Of a stretch of 64,000 bases of DNA, positions 27,475 through 36,959 are shown piece by piece. How positions within the stretch are numbered: position 1 is the first letter of the stretch; the number at the start of each line of letters is the position of its first letter. This DNA comes from Eubacteriales bacterium. GTDB lineage: Bacteria > Bacillota > Clostridia > Oscillospirales > CAG-272. The translations under genes and the position numbers were made by a program. The stretch is from assembly GCA_045657485.1 (NCBI GenBank), contig JAZOTE010000063.1:34006-98005 (forward strand), written 5' to 3'. The notes under the pieces are model-generated. The model worked only from the letters and a program-made list of their open reading frames with translations. It ran no database searches and was not told the origin of the DNA.

Positions 27475-27892
27475 AATCTATCACGATCTCCCTTCCGTTT
27501 TCTCCGTCTGTACGGTTTATAGTAACGGTTATTGCATCAGGCGGCAGAAAATCGGCAATGTTTTCCGACCACTCAGCGATACAGTATCCGTCGCTCTCCA
27601 CGTAATCGTCGTATCCGATGGAGTAGAGATCATCCTCGCCGCAGATTCTGTACATATCGAAATGAAATATTTTGCTTTTGCCCCGATACTCGTTGACAAC
27701 GGTATACGTGGGACTTCTTACGCCGGTTATTTCAAAATACGACGCAAAGCCTCTCGTGAACGCGGTTTTGCCTACGCCCATCTCGCCCCTCATAGCAATA
27801 AACGCGCGCTGAACACCGTCGTCCGATAACGTTTTTGCAAGGCAAAATCCGGCGTTCTCCGTTTCTGCCTCGCTTTTACTTACAAAAACCAT
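27455..27892 (-). CDS. tsaE: tRNA t6A37 biosynthesis ATPase TsaE
   Basis: 145 aa with the Walker A GEMGVGKTAFTRG, SPTYTVVNEY and HFDMYR. Confidence 0.9.
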   Translation of the reverse strand: MVFVSKSEAETENAGFCLAKTLSDDGVQRAFIAMRGEMGVGKTAFTRGFASYFEITGVRSPTYTVVNEYRGKSKIFHFDMYRICGEDDLYSIGYDDYVESDGYCIAEWSENIADFLPPDAITVTINRTDGENGREIVIDYENSGI

Positions 27893-29082
27893 TATAATAT
27901 ATCCTTTAAGTATTCGTCCGCACCGTCACCTAACACGAATTTGAGCGCGGCGCGATATTCCGCATCTGCCGCAATAAGCTTCTCGCTTGTTAAGCCGTCG
28001 TTTTTTATAGCGCGGATAAGAGTGTTTTTCGGAGTGTTTTCGGGATCGGTCAGCTCCAGGGCGGATACGGAATATCCGTTTGCTCGCAGCTTAAGTACAC
28101 GCAGCGAATCGGTCAGAGCCTCGCACATTTTCACGGAAATGTGAGGATTGTCCGTAACGAATTTCAATTCATTTGCTGCAACCTTGCCGTAAAGATATCT
28201 GTGGCAGCAGGGAGTTGAGAGTATGATTTGGGCGTTCAGTCTGATCGCTGTATCGAGAACGATGTCGGTCGCAACGTCACAGGCGTGAAGCGATATGACC
28301 ATATCGGGATTTGCGTCAAGCTCCAGAGAGGAAATGTTCCCAACAATGAATTTCATACCGAAGTAATTAAGCTCGCGCGCAAGTCCCTCGCACCACAGTA
28401 TTACGTCCCTTTTGAGATCGGCGCCGATCATTGAAACCTGACGCCCCTTGATCTCCGTCAGATAGTAGTAGACCGCGAAGCTTAGATAGCTCTTTCCACA
28501 ACATAGATCGTACACGGTAATATCCGTGTCCTGCGGAAGTTTATTGTAAATTCCCTCTATGTGTTCGAGAAATCTGTTGATCTGCCTGAATTTACCTTGC
28601 TTTTTATCGTGTATTCTTCCGTTTTCTGACGATATACCCAGCTTTTTGAGAAACGGTTCGTTTCCTGTTAGAATGTAATTCTTTTTACGGTCAAGCTCCT
28701 CCAGCGCCCGCTCTGTACTAAGGCTTCCGCACTGTAGCTTTTGCTTAAGAGAGTCACCGCCGAGCACTACCGCATCTCCCTTTTTGGAAACCCGTCTTTC
28801 CGCCTCTCCTACGGTCGTTATCAAATTTATCTGTCTGTATATTCCTACGAGATCACCGAGGTTCGATGCTATTTCCCCCTCCGGTATGTTTTTTTGCGAA
28901 ACCGTATTTCCGGGCAAGGAATATTCCAAAGCCAGAAGCCGTTTGCCTCTGTGTGCCACCAGTCTTGCTGTGATCTTAGCTATTTCTCCGGATATCGGTC
29001 GGGAAAAAACAAGCTTTTTTAAAGCTTCCTTTTCTACCGCGAGAGCAATGAGAGAAATTATATCCGTGTTATTCTTCTTCAT
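27892..29082 (-). CDS. class I SAM-dependent methyltransferase (Methyltransf_32-like)
   Basis: 396 aa with VYDLCCGKSYLSF (motif I-like) and LHACDVATD. Confidence 0.65.
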   Translation of the reverse strand: MKKNNTDIISLIALAVEKEALKKLVFSRPISGEIAKITARLVAHRGKRLLALEYSLPGNTVSQKNIPEGEIASNLGDLVGIYRQINLITTVGEAERRVSKKGDAVVLGGDSLKQKLQCGSLSTERALEELDRKKNYILTGNEPFLKKLGISSENGRIHDKKQGKFRQINRFLEHIEGIYNKLPQDTDITVYDLCCGKSYLSFAVYYYLTEIKGRQVSMIGADLKRDVILWCEGLARELNYFGMKFIVGNISSLELDANPDMVISLHACDVATDIVLDTAIRLNAQIILSTPCCHRYLYGKVAANELKFVTDNPHISVKMCEALTDSLRVLKLRANGYSVSALELTDPENTPKNTLIRAIKNDGLTSEKLIAADAEYRAALKFVLGDGADEYLKDIL

Positions 29083-29842
29083 TATCTCCGTCGTCCTTTT
29101 TCACAAGCTCGACCTCAGGCTTCTTTTTAAACGAAAACTTTCTCTCCGTCCTATCTCCGATGCGCCTCAGATTTTCTCTGTGACACCAGACTATCAGTAT
29201 AGCTATCAGAATAGTGGAGAGTGAACGGATACCCTCCATGGGCATTTCAAATATTCCGAAGTAGAATTGAATTACGACGGGATAGAGAACGGCTGTGCTG
29301 ACAGAGCCGAGAGATATATATTTCGACATCCACACGATAGCGATAAACAGCAGAAGCAATATAGCGAACGGAATAGGAGTGAGTATAAGAGCCGCGATAG
29401 CTGTTACAAGTACGCCCTTTCCGCCCTTGAAGCCGTAGTAGATTGGGAAGATATGACCCAGCACCACGAACAGCGCTGACATATAGCAGTATCCGATATA
29501 CGCGCTCACTGCGTGAGTATAGTAGAAGCCGAGCAGCACGCCGGTTATGAATATAGCCAAAGCGGTTTTCAGCATATCACCGAGCAGCGTAAGACCTGCC
29601 GCCTTCAATCCGAAGGTTCTGTGCATATTGGTAAGTCCGCCGTTTCCGCTTCCGTGATTTCTGATATCGTCACGGTAGAGAACTTTGGAGATCAGTACTG
29701 CCGAATTGATGCTTCCGAGAAAGTAAGAAACCGCAATGCTTATAATTACAAATACTATAAGTACCGCGTTCACCTGCCACTCTGCCGTGAAAGCGCCTCT
29801 TCTCAGCAGATAGTCCAAAAGACCCGTATTTAAGTTAAACAT
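29069..29842 (-). CDS. plsY: glycerol-3-phosphate acyltransferase PlsY
   Basis: 257 aa with HGSGNGGLTN, VLGHIFPIYYGFKGGKG and multiple TM helices. It carries an N-terminal extension and a charged C-terminal tail. Confidence 0.88.
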   Translation of the reverse strand: MFNLNTGLLDYLLRRGAFTAEWQVNAVLIVFVIISIAVSYFLGSINSAVLISKVLYRDDIRNHGSGNGGLTNMHRTFGLKAAGLTLLGDMLKTALAIFITGVLLGFYYTHAVSAYIGYCYMSALFVVLGHIFPIYYGFKGGKGVLVTAIAALILTPIPFAILLLLFIAIVWMSKYISLGSVSTAVLYPVVIQFYFGIFEMPMEGIRSLSTILIAILIVWCHRENLRRIGDRTERKFSFKKKPEVELVKKDDGDNEEE

Positions 29843-29984
29843 ATAGTCCTCCCGTAAATCTTTTTATGGAGAGCGCAGGTCCTGCGCTAAACCCAATTAT
29901 ACCACCTCCGGGGCGTAAAGTCAAGAAATATCTTGCAATTTGACGCGCACAGGTGTATAATATTAGTTAAAAGGAGGAGCGGAT

Positions 29985-30821
29985 ATGAGTATAGAACTGT
30001 CAGAGCTGTTTCGCGGTATGAATATAGAATATTACGCGGTATTGCCGTATAGCGACTGTATTGAAATAGCGCCTCGCATTAGGGAGCGGACAGGCTTCGA
30101 GCCGAGAACGGTTATAGTGTATCTTCTGCCGTATTACAGCGGTGAAACCGTAAATATATCCAGATACGCCGCCTCGCTTGATTACCATATAGCGCTTCGT
30201 GAGGTAGGGGACCATATAATATCGTACCTGAGAGGGAAATATTCAAGCTCAGGATTTGCATCCTACGGCGACCACAGTCCGATAGACGAGCGTCACGCCG
30301 CCCTTATAGGAGGTCTGGGAATATCCGGAGATAACGGACTGCTCATAAACGAAAAATACGGCTCCTACGTCTTTATCGGTGACGTTCTTACCGATATTGA
30401 TCCGAGAGAGCTGGGTATCACGCAGACCGTAGCTCCGGGGGAATGCGAGCATTGCGGAGCGTGTCGCAGAGCGTGTCCGACCGGGATTCTTCGCCGAGAG
30501 GGTAACGACTGTCTGTCCGCTATTACTCAGAGAAAGGGAGAGCTTTCCGCCGAAGAGAAAAGTCTTATGCGTTCTTATAATACCGCGTGGGGATGCGATA
30601 TATGTCAAAGCTTTTGTCCCCATAACCGTACGCCGATGCTCACACCGATCGAATTTTTCCATAGGGACAGAATAGAGCGTTTGACCCGTGAGAAGCTTGA
30701 CTCGATGGATAAGGAAACCTTTTCCGCACGCGCATTTTCCTGGCGCGGCAGAGCAGTGCCTGAGAGAAATCTGGATATCCTCCGTGGAGAAGAAGCCGGA
30801 GCGGAAGATAATAAGCGGTAG
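29985..30821 (+). CDS. epoxyqueuosine reductase QueG-like Fe-S protein (short form)
   Basis: 278 aa with LDYH, GLGISGDNGLLINEKYGSYVFIGDVLTD, and the Fe-S motifs CEHCGACRRACPTG and WGCDICQSFCPHN, which follow the QueG/DUF1730 pattern. Confidence 0.6.
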   Translation: MSIELSELFRGMNIEYYAVLPYSDCIEIAPRIRERTGFEPRTVIVYLLPYYSGETVNISRYAASLDYHIALREVGDHIISYLRGKYSSSGFASYGDHSPIDERHAALIGGLGISGDNGLLINEKYGSYVFIGDVLTDIDPRELGITQTVAPGECEHCGACRRACPTGILRREGNDCLSAITQRKGELSAEEKSLMRSYNTAWGCDICQSFCPHNRTPMLTPIEFFHRDRIERLTREKLDSMDKETFSARAFSWRGRAVPERNLDILRGEEAGAEDNKR

Positions 30822-30905
30822 AAATACCGTATCGTTTGATAAGGAGAGGGATCTTCTAAAATACGGTAGTTTAAAAGAGGTATCATCTCGGATGCTGTAG
30901 ATTTA

Positions 30906-30934
30906 TTGACACGCTTTTACGCGTATGTTATAAT
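30906..30934 (+). promoter_or_regulatory. perfect consensus sigmaA promoter for ABC-transporter operon
   Basis: TTGACA-17 nt-TATAAT, 42 nt upstream of ATG 30976. Confidence 0.8.
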
Positions 30935-30975
30935 AAACGCAATTACGAAAAATAAAAAACAAAAGGAGCGTTGCA

Positions 30976-31695
30976 ATGCTCAGAATAAATGGCTTAACTA
31001 AAAGATACGGCGAAAAGTGCGCCGTAGACAATCTGACACTTGAAATACCCGCCGGAGTGATATGCGGCTTCATCGGGCATAACGGAGCTGGTAAAACCAC
31101 CACGCTGAAGGCTTGTATGGGTATAATATCCGCTGACGAGGGAAACATTTATATCGATGGAAAATCGGTTTTCGACAATCCGATGGCGACTAAATCCGTT
31201 TCCGCTTATATACCCGACAATCCCGATCTTTACGAGTTCCTTTCGGGTATCAAATATCTTAATTTCGTTGCTGATATATACGGCGTATCCGCCGATGTGC
31301 GCAACGAGCGAATCGCGTCGCTTGCGGATAAATTTAATCTGACTGCAGACCTTGCTCAGCCTATTTCCGCGTATTCTCACGGAATGAAGCAGAAGCTGGC
31401 GATCATATCCGCCTGGCTTCACGATCCCAAACTTATAATTATGGATGAGCCTTTCGTGGGACTTGATCCTAAGGCGGCGTATATTCTCAAGGAAATGATG
31501 CGCGAGCATTGCGAGCGAGGAGGCTCTATATTCTTCTCCACCCATGTTCTTGACGTAGCGGAAAAGCTCTGTGACAAGGTCGCTATCATAAAAGACGGCA
31601 GGCTGGTAATAGAGGGCAAAATGGAGGAGGTTTTGGGTGAAGAATCACTTGAGTCCGTGTTCCTTGAGCTTGAAGGCGGTGCGGACAATGATTAG
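30976..31695 (+). CDS. ABC transporter ATP-binding protein
   Basis: 239 aa with Walker A GHNGAGKTT, the signature YSHGMKQKL and Walker B LIIMDEP. Confidence 0.93.
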   Translation: MLRINGLTKRYGEKCAVDNLTLEIPAGVICGFIGHNGAGKTTTLKACMGIISADEGNIYIDGKSVFDNPMATKSVSAYIPDNPDLYEFLSGIKYLNFVADIYGVSADVRNERIASLADKFNLTADLAQPISAYSHGMKQKLAIISAWLHDPKLIIMDEPFVGLDPKAAYILKEMMREHCERGGSIFFSTHVLDVAEKLCDKVAIIKDGRLVIEGKMEEVLGEESLESVFLELEGGADND

Positions 31696-33271
31696 AACTC
31701 TCCTGTCTATCAGACTTCGCTCTACCTTTGCCTCTTTTATGGGTAAGAGCAAGGACGGCAAGCCCGCAAAGCTTTCCGTAGGTAAGATCGTCCTTATCTC
31801 CGTCCTGATGCTTTATATCGGTGTAACCTTTATAGGACTGTTTACTATGATGGCTTTGTCTATGGGACAGTTTTATATTCCGTCCGGCGATCACGGTATG
31901 TACTTCGGCTTGTTTATGCTTATTGGTTTTTCGATGGTATTTATTTTCAGTATTTTCGAAACGAAATCCGAGCTTTTCGAATGTAAGGATAACGAGCTTC
32001 TCCTGGCTATGCCGATAAAACCTGACAATATAGTCGTCAGCCGTATCGCTACGGTGATGGTCTATAACTATATCGAGATGGCTTTGGTTATGCTTCCCGC
32101 AATTGTGGTTTACGCCATAATGGGAGGCTCCGTATTCGGTATTATCGGAGGTATCCTTTCGTTTTTACTTCTGCCTCTTTTGGCAACCGCCATTGCGTCT
32201 GCGTTAGGCTACGCGATAGCGGTCATAGTCAAGCGCATTAAGTATAAAACCCTTATAACCACGATGACCTCCGTTATCTTCCTCTCTTTGTATTTCGTCT
32301 TTTATTTCGGAATGATAGAAAACGTAGGTATGGAGGAAGAGGGGCTTGTTACCTCATATCCGCATATTCCCGTGATAGCATTCATAGGCAGAGCGGCAAC
32401 GCTTGAACCTCTTTGCATTCTCGCCCTTTCCGCGCTGTGTATAGGCGCGGCAGTCGTTGCGTACAAAATTATCTCTCGGAGCTACTTCTCCGTTTTAACT
32501 AATATGGGTTCAGCGGCGCGTAGGGAATATAAACGCTCAAGGCTTGAACGCCGCAGCGTACTATATGCCTTGACCGTAAAGGAGCTTCGCAGATTCTTCT
32601 CCTCGTCCGTGTATATGCTTAACAGCTCTATGGGAGCAATATTCGGAATAGTTATGGCGGTCCTAACCGCTATAAAGCTTGAGGAGGTTGCGCCTGTCCT
32701 GACAGAGCTTGGCTTCTCACAGGAGGCGTTGTATCCCATCCTTACGGCAGGAATTTGCATTTGCGCCTCATTCAATATGCCCTCGGTGGCATCGGTTTCT
32801 TTGGAAGGAAAGAGCTTCTGGATAGCTAAAAGTATGCCCGTTACCGCGAGACATATACTGTTGTCTAAGCTTATGGCGCATCTGATAGTCACCTCAGTTC
32901 CTATCCTTGTAGCGTCTGCGATAATGATAGTAAGCACCGGAGCGTACGGCGCGGAGCTTCCGTTTATGATAATTCTCCCGGTGGCAACCGCTCTTCTTTT
33001 CGGAATTATCGGACTTATATTAAATACCGCGTTTCCAAAGCTTGAATATCAGAACGAGGCTCAGCCTATCAAGCAATCCCTACCTGTTTTCCTCATTATG
33101 ATCGCCTCTGCCGTATGGGACGTGGTTTTGATCGGTATTGCCATCATCTCCGCCATTTTTAATATGGCTTTGCTGGGATACGTCCTATGTCTGATTCTTC
33201 ATATCGGATTGATTGCGGCATTTACCGCAATACTTCTCGGACCAACGTCTAAAAAATTAGAGAAAATATAA
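31688..33271 (+). CDS. multi-pass membrane protein, putative ABC exporter permease (ABC_export-like)
   Basis: 527 aa from ATG 31688, overlapping the ATPase stop (ATGATTAG). About 12 hydrophobic helices. Confidence 0.7.
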   Translation: MIRTLLSIRLRSTFASFMGKSKDGKPAKLSVGKIVLISVLMLYIGVTFIGLFTMMALSMGQFYIPSGDHGMYFGLFMLIGFSMVFIFSIFETKSELFECKDNELLLAMPIKPDNIVVSRIATVMVYNYIEMALVMLPAIVVYAIMGGSVFGIIGGILSFLLLPLLATAIASALGYAIAVIVKRIKYKTLITTMTSVIFLSLYFVFYFGMIENVGMEEEGLVTSYPHIPVIAFIGRAATLEPLCILALSALCIGAAVVAYKIISRSYFSVLTNMGSAARREYKRSRLERRSVLYALTVKELRRFFSSSVYMLNSSMGAIFGIVMAVLTAIKLEEVAPVLTELGFSQEALYPILTAGICICASFNMPSVASVSLEGKSFWIAKSMPVTARHILLSKLMAHLIVTSVPILVASAIMIVSTGAYGAELPFMIILPVATALLFGIIGLILNTAFPKLEYQNEAQPIKQSLPVFLIMIASAVWDVVLIGIAIISAIFNMALLGYVLCLILHIGLIAAFTAILLGPTSKKLEKI

Positions 33272-33298
33272 TTATCCTATTTAAAACAAGGCAGAGCA

Positions 33299-34393
33299 AT
33301 GTATAAAAATAAAAGAAAACGAAATATATCAATTTTTCACATATTGTCGCTTGCGATATTTTCATTAGTGCTTTTACTTCTGTTTGCGTCTTGCTCGTCA
33401 TACGAAGCCGCCGATTTTTTGAACGGCAGTATATCCTCCGCGTATAGACGGATGATGGCGGGCTTCGGTGATCTGTTCCTGTTTTCGCTATTTGAAATAC
33501 TCGTCGTTTCCATACCTGTGATAGTGCTTTTGATGGTGATCTGTGCTGTACGCAGCTTCCGTCGCGGAAAGGGAGTCAGATTTATCGCGACTCTCGTGTC
33601 CCTAATACTTCTTATATATTCAGGTCACACGGTTGCTCTCGGCTTCGGATATCACACCACACCGCTTATGAAGCGCATGGGACTTACGAAAACCGAAATA
33701 ACGGAGGAGCGGCTCGTCAATATTATGACCGCTCTTCGCGACGAGGTTAACGAGCTGTCTGAATATATCGAACGGGATGAGAGAGGCGTTGCGGTCACGG
33801 AATACACTCTTGACGATATCAGCCGGCTGATATGCGATTCCTTCGACGGTATGTCATCGGAGTACGCCTTTTTGGATTCCTTTGATTCGCGTGCGAAGGG
33901 AGTCGGCTTTACCAATATTTTATCCCATCTGACCTTGACGGGTATTTATACCTATTATACGGGAGAGGCTAACGTAAATACCGCTTACCCCTCATACGAC
34001 GTGGTTTATACAGCCGCTCACGAGCTTTCGCATCAGAGAGGCATTCTCAGGGAGAACGAGGCTAACTTTACCGCGTATCTCGCCTGTATAAATTCTCCTG
34101 ATACTTTTCTCAGATACAGCGGAGCGCTCAATATGTACAGCTACGTTGCGTCAGCACTTTACCGCACCAACAAAGATGAATACAACAGAATAGTAGAGGG
34201 ACTTTCTGACGGACCCCGCTCGGACATTCAGGCATCTAACGCGGTATACAGAGAATATTCTGATACCTTATTTGCCGATATATCCGATTTTGTCAATGAT
34301 ATTTTTCTGCGAAGCAACGGCACTCCCGGCGTTGTGAGCTACGGAATGGTTGTGGAGCTTATAGTTGCGTATTACGAGGAGATGGGCAAGTAA
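33299..34393 (+). CDS. DUF3810-like membrane-anchored zinc metalloprotease-like protein
   Basis: 364 aa with N-terminal TM helices and an HExxH motif (AAHELSHQRG) followed by ENEANF. Confidence 0.6.
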   Translation: MYKNKRKRNISIFHILSLAIFSLVLLLLFASCSSYEAADFLNGSISSAYRRMMAGFGDLFLFSLFEILVVSIPVIVLLMVICAVRSFRRGKGVRFIATLVSLILLIYSGHTVALGFGYHTTPLMKRMGLTKTEITEERLVNIMTALRDEVNELSEYIERDERGVAVTEYTLDDISRLICDSFDGMSSEYAFLDSFDSRAKGVGFTNILSHLTLTGIYTYYTGEANVNTAYPSYDVVYTAAHELSHQRGILRENEANFTAYLACINSPDTFLRYSGALNMYSYVASALYRTNKDEYNRIVEGLSDGPRSDIQASNAVYREYSDTLFADISDFVNDIFLRSNGTPGVVSYGMVVELIVAYYEEMGK

Positions 34394-34446
34394 CGTTTTT
34401 TAACAGGCTGAATATTATGATATCAATTCATAATATCGGAGCTTGT

Positions 34447-35670
34447 ATGAGAACTATCAAGATAAGAGGCGGCAGCAGCCTCTCAGGCGCAGTGCGTGCT
34501 TCCGGCTCTAAGAATGCCGCCCTGCCTATACTCTTTGCAACGGTAATAACGCGGGGAATAAGCGTAATCAGAAACGTTCCCGACATTAGCGATACTCGCG
34601 TGACGGTATCGATCCTGGAGTCGTTGGGCGCAACCGTCAGCCGACTCGGAGATGCGTTGACGGTTGATACGAGAAGTCTTCAATATTGCGATCCTCCGTC
34701 GCATCTTGTTTCGTCTATCAGAGCCTCGACCTATTTACTTGGAGCATCTCTTTCCAGATTCGGCGTGTGTCGCATATGCGGCGTGGGCGGATGCGGCTTT
34801 TCTTACCGACCGATAGATATGCACGTTTATGCTTGTTGTGCTCTCGGTGGGGTTGTTGACGGAGAATATATTCGCGCTCCGAGCCTTTCGGGAGGCGAGA
34901 TTTGCTTTTCGAAAAAATCGGTTGGCGCCACCGTTAACTCGATTATTTTGGCTGCCGCAGCTAATGGAAAGACGGTTATAAGAGGTCACGCTCTTGAGCC
35001 GCATATAAAGGCTTTGGCGGACTATCTGATATCCGCGGGCGCATCCATCAGTATATCAGATGACGAAATAACGGTAGAGGGCAGAGAGCTTCACGGCGGA
35101 GCCGTTACGGTAATCGGCGATATGATCGAGGCAGGCAGTTATCTTGCGGCAGGGCTTATCACCGGAGGAGAGGTAACGGTTACGGGTTGTGACCCGTCCC
35201 ATCTGTACTCATTTAATCGGGCTCTGGCTCTTCTGGGGGCGACTGTAATCTCCGATCAAGCCTCGGTTACGGTTCGCGGCAACGGAGCTTTTCTGAGAAC
35301 CGCTGTTACAGCTGCTCCATATCCGGATTTCCCGACGGATCTACAGCCTATTATCGCTCCGCTTATGGCGTACGGAGCGGGAGGTGAGATTCGAGATACC
35401 GTATGGACCACAAGATACGGATATCTTGCATCACTGCTTCCGTTCGGATTTGTCTATCAAATGCGCGGGGATACCGCTGTTATTGCAGGAGTGCATCTTC
35501 ATTCAGGGGAAACCGAGGCAACCGATCTTCGCGGAGGTATGTCGGCAGTTTTATGCGCTCTAAGCGCGAGCGGAGAGAGCGCAATACACGGCGCTGAGCA
35601 CATTATGCGAGGATACGAGCGGCTTGACTGCAAGCTGAACTCTCTCGGTGCGTCGGTTATCATTGAATAA
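34447..35670 (+). CDS. murA: UDP-N-acetylglucosamine 1-carboxyvinyltransferase
   Basis: Start at ATG 34447 (GGAG upstream). Reads IRGGSSLSGAVRASGSKNAALPILFA... and PYPDFPTDLQP, an enolpyruvyl-transferase pattern. The usual active-site Cys/Asp loop region is not obvious to me, so this may be a MurA paralog. Confidence 0.85.
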   Translation: MRTIKIRGGSSLSGAVRASGSKNAALPILFATVITRGISVIRNVPDISDTRVTVSILESLGATVSRLGDALTVDTRSLQYCDPPSHLVSSIRASTYLLGASLSRFGVCRICGVGGCGFSYRPIDMHVYACCALGGVVDGEYIRAPSLSGGEICFSKKSVGATVNSIILAAAANGKTVIRGHALEPHIKALADYLISAGASISISDDEITVEGRELHGGAVTVIGDMIEAGSYLAAGLITGGEVTVTGCDPSHLYSFNRALALLGATVISDQASVTVRGNGAFLRTAVTAAPYPDFPTDLQPIIAPLMAYGAGGEIRDTVWTTRYGYLASLLPFGFVYQMRGDTAVIAGVHLHSGETEATDLRGGMSAVLCALSASGESAIHGAEHIMRGYERLDCKLNSLGASVIIE

Positions 35671-35838
35671 ATCGTTTGACTATATAATATTAGGCAGAAA
35701 AAGCAAAGTAACAGGCTCGTGTCCTCGGTTGAATGCAGCTGTTTCACAAATTTAAAGATAATATAAGTGCGAAAAACACTTTTACAACCCAAGCGAAAAC
35801 GAACTGAGTAAAATCCATAATAAGTGCCACATACATAT

Positions 35839-35879
35839 AAAAAGAGATAACATTTGCCCAAATGTTATCTCTTTTTATT
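35839..35879. terminator. bidirectional rho-independent terminator
   Basis: A 17-bp perfect stem AAAAAGAGATAACATTT-gccc-AAATGTTATCTCTTTTT, so A/T tracts are built into both arms. Confidence 0.85.
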
Positions 35880-35998
35880 CAAGAAAATCGCGGATATACC
35901 ACGATAAAATCCTCGCGTTGCTCAGATGAATTTAAAGCTAAGCTTTTGATTGATGTTCTTCGCAGACAGTAGCTTATAAACGGTTTCAACCATCGTTT

Positions 35999-36409
35999 TT
36001 ATCTGTGCTTTCTCCCTCTTCTTTTGCCGGGCTTCAGTAGCATCGCAGAGAGCAAAAATATTCCCGTATAGCAGAGATAATTCATCAGCATTGATAGGCT
36101 TGGCGAAGCGCCGGATATTACCGATATCAGAAGCATTATCAATACTACCGTGAACGGACAAAGCAAGGTTATCCTCAGACGCCCCTCGTTACCGCAAATT
36201 CTTGCACTTATACCGCCGGACAAGCCGGCAGACAGTATCAGCGCGGCAAAGGAGAATATTCCAAGCTGGCTTGCGCGGTAGCTGCCCATAGCAGCTACGA
36301 GAGCGGCGAGTGCTACCAATGCGATAAGAATTACAACCGATACGATTAAGCAGGGAAGAAAACCGCTAAGTCCTATCCTCTTTACCGAAAGCCTTTTGTG
36401 TTTCGACAT
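35999..36409 (-). CDS. small integral membrane protein (possibly TIGR04086-type)
   Basis: 136 aa with 4 predicted TM helices. Located directly downstream of yajC. The family name is from memory only. Confidence 0.55.
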   Translation of the reverse strand: MSKHKRLSVKRIGLSGFLPCLIVSVVILIALVALAALVAAMGSYRASQLGIFSFAALILSAGLSGGISARICGNEGRLRITLLCPFTVVLIMLLISVISGASPSLSMLMNYLCYTGIFLLSAMLLKPGKRRGRKHR

Positions 36410-36438
36410 ATCTTTACCCCCAGGTTTGCCGGGGAAAC

Positions 36439-36484
36439 AAAGCGCCCCCGAATAAGTCTAAACAATCTTATTCGGGAGCGCTTT
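36439..36484 (-). terminator. hairpin (attenuating terminator?) between yajC and the membrane-protein gene
   Basis: Minus strand AAAGCGCTCCCGAATAAG-10 nt-CTTATTCGGGGGCGCTTT followed by GTTTCC. Long stem, poor U-tract. Confidence 0.5.
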
Positions 36485-36497
36485 AATTTATGACAGA

Positions 36498-36872
36498 TTA
36501 TTTATTTTCCTCTGCTTCATCCTCTGCGGGAGCATTCTTTGCCTCCATTACAGCCGCCGCAAGATCAGCCGCTTTAACGTCAACTGTTCTTACCGCGCCC
36601 TTAAGGAAACGTATCTTCGTCTTATCCTTTGTGGTTTCAAGCACGAAGGTTTCGCCCTTGATGGACACTACCTTGCCGATGATACCGCCTATAGTAGTAA
36701 CCTCATCGCCTACCGCGAGAGAGTCGCGCATTTCCGCGTCCTTCTTTTCCTGCTTCTTCTGCGGACGGATCATAAAGAAATAGAGGAATACGAACATAAT
36801 AGCAACCATTGCTATCGTTCCCCAGATTCCGCCGCCTTCTCCACCTGTGAACAAAAAGTTAAAATCAAACAT
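36498..36872 (-). CDS. yajC: preprotein translocase subunit YajC
   Basis: Start moved to ATG 36872 (GGAG 7 nt upstream). Contains a TM helix followed by FFMIRPQKKQEKK and LAVGDEVTTIGGIIGKVVSI. Confidence 0.9.
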   Translation of the reverse strand: MFDFNFLFTGGEGGGIWGTIAMVAIMFVFLYFFMIRPQKKQEKKDAEMRDSLAVGDEVTTIGGIIGKVVSIKGETFVLETTKDKTKIRFLKGAVRTVDVKAADLAAAVMEAKNAPAEDEAEENK

Positions 36873-36959
36873 AATTATCTCCATTCATTTTTTATTATAA
36901 GTAAATTATACACCGGTATTTTGAAAAAATCAACAAGCGGTGCGCTTTAATTGTAAAAT

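Noticed and set aside
29843-29984. A GC hairpin (AGCGCAggtccTGCGCT) in the divergent plsY/queG-like spacer, considered as a possible regulatory element.
   Set aside because: It is a short 6-bp stem with no U-tract and no similarity to any riboswitch I know. A TTGCAA-17-TATAAT promoter nearby explains the spacer adequately.
35671-35838. A ~170-nt gap between the murA stop and the bidirectional terminator, including a minus-strand TTGTAA-18-TATTAT promoter-like match (about 35753-35782) that would fire antisense into murA.
   Set aside because: This is a hexamer match only, in AT-rich sequence. There is no associated terminator, ORF or conserved structure that I can see. It is most simply a long murA 3' UTR.
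35922-36161. A 79-aa ORF overlapping the 3' end of the membrane-protein gene on the same strand.
   Set aside because: It lies out of frame within and behind a better-supported 136-aa membrane-protein ORF. It has no RBS and no recognisable features.
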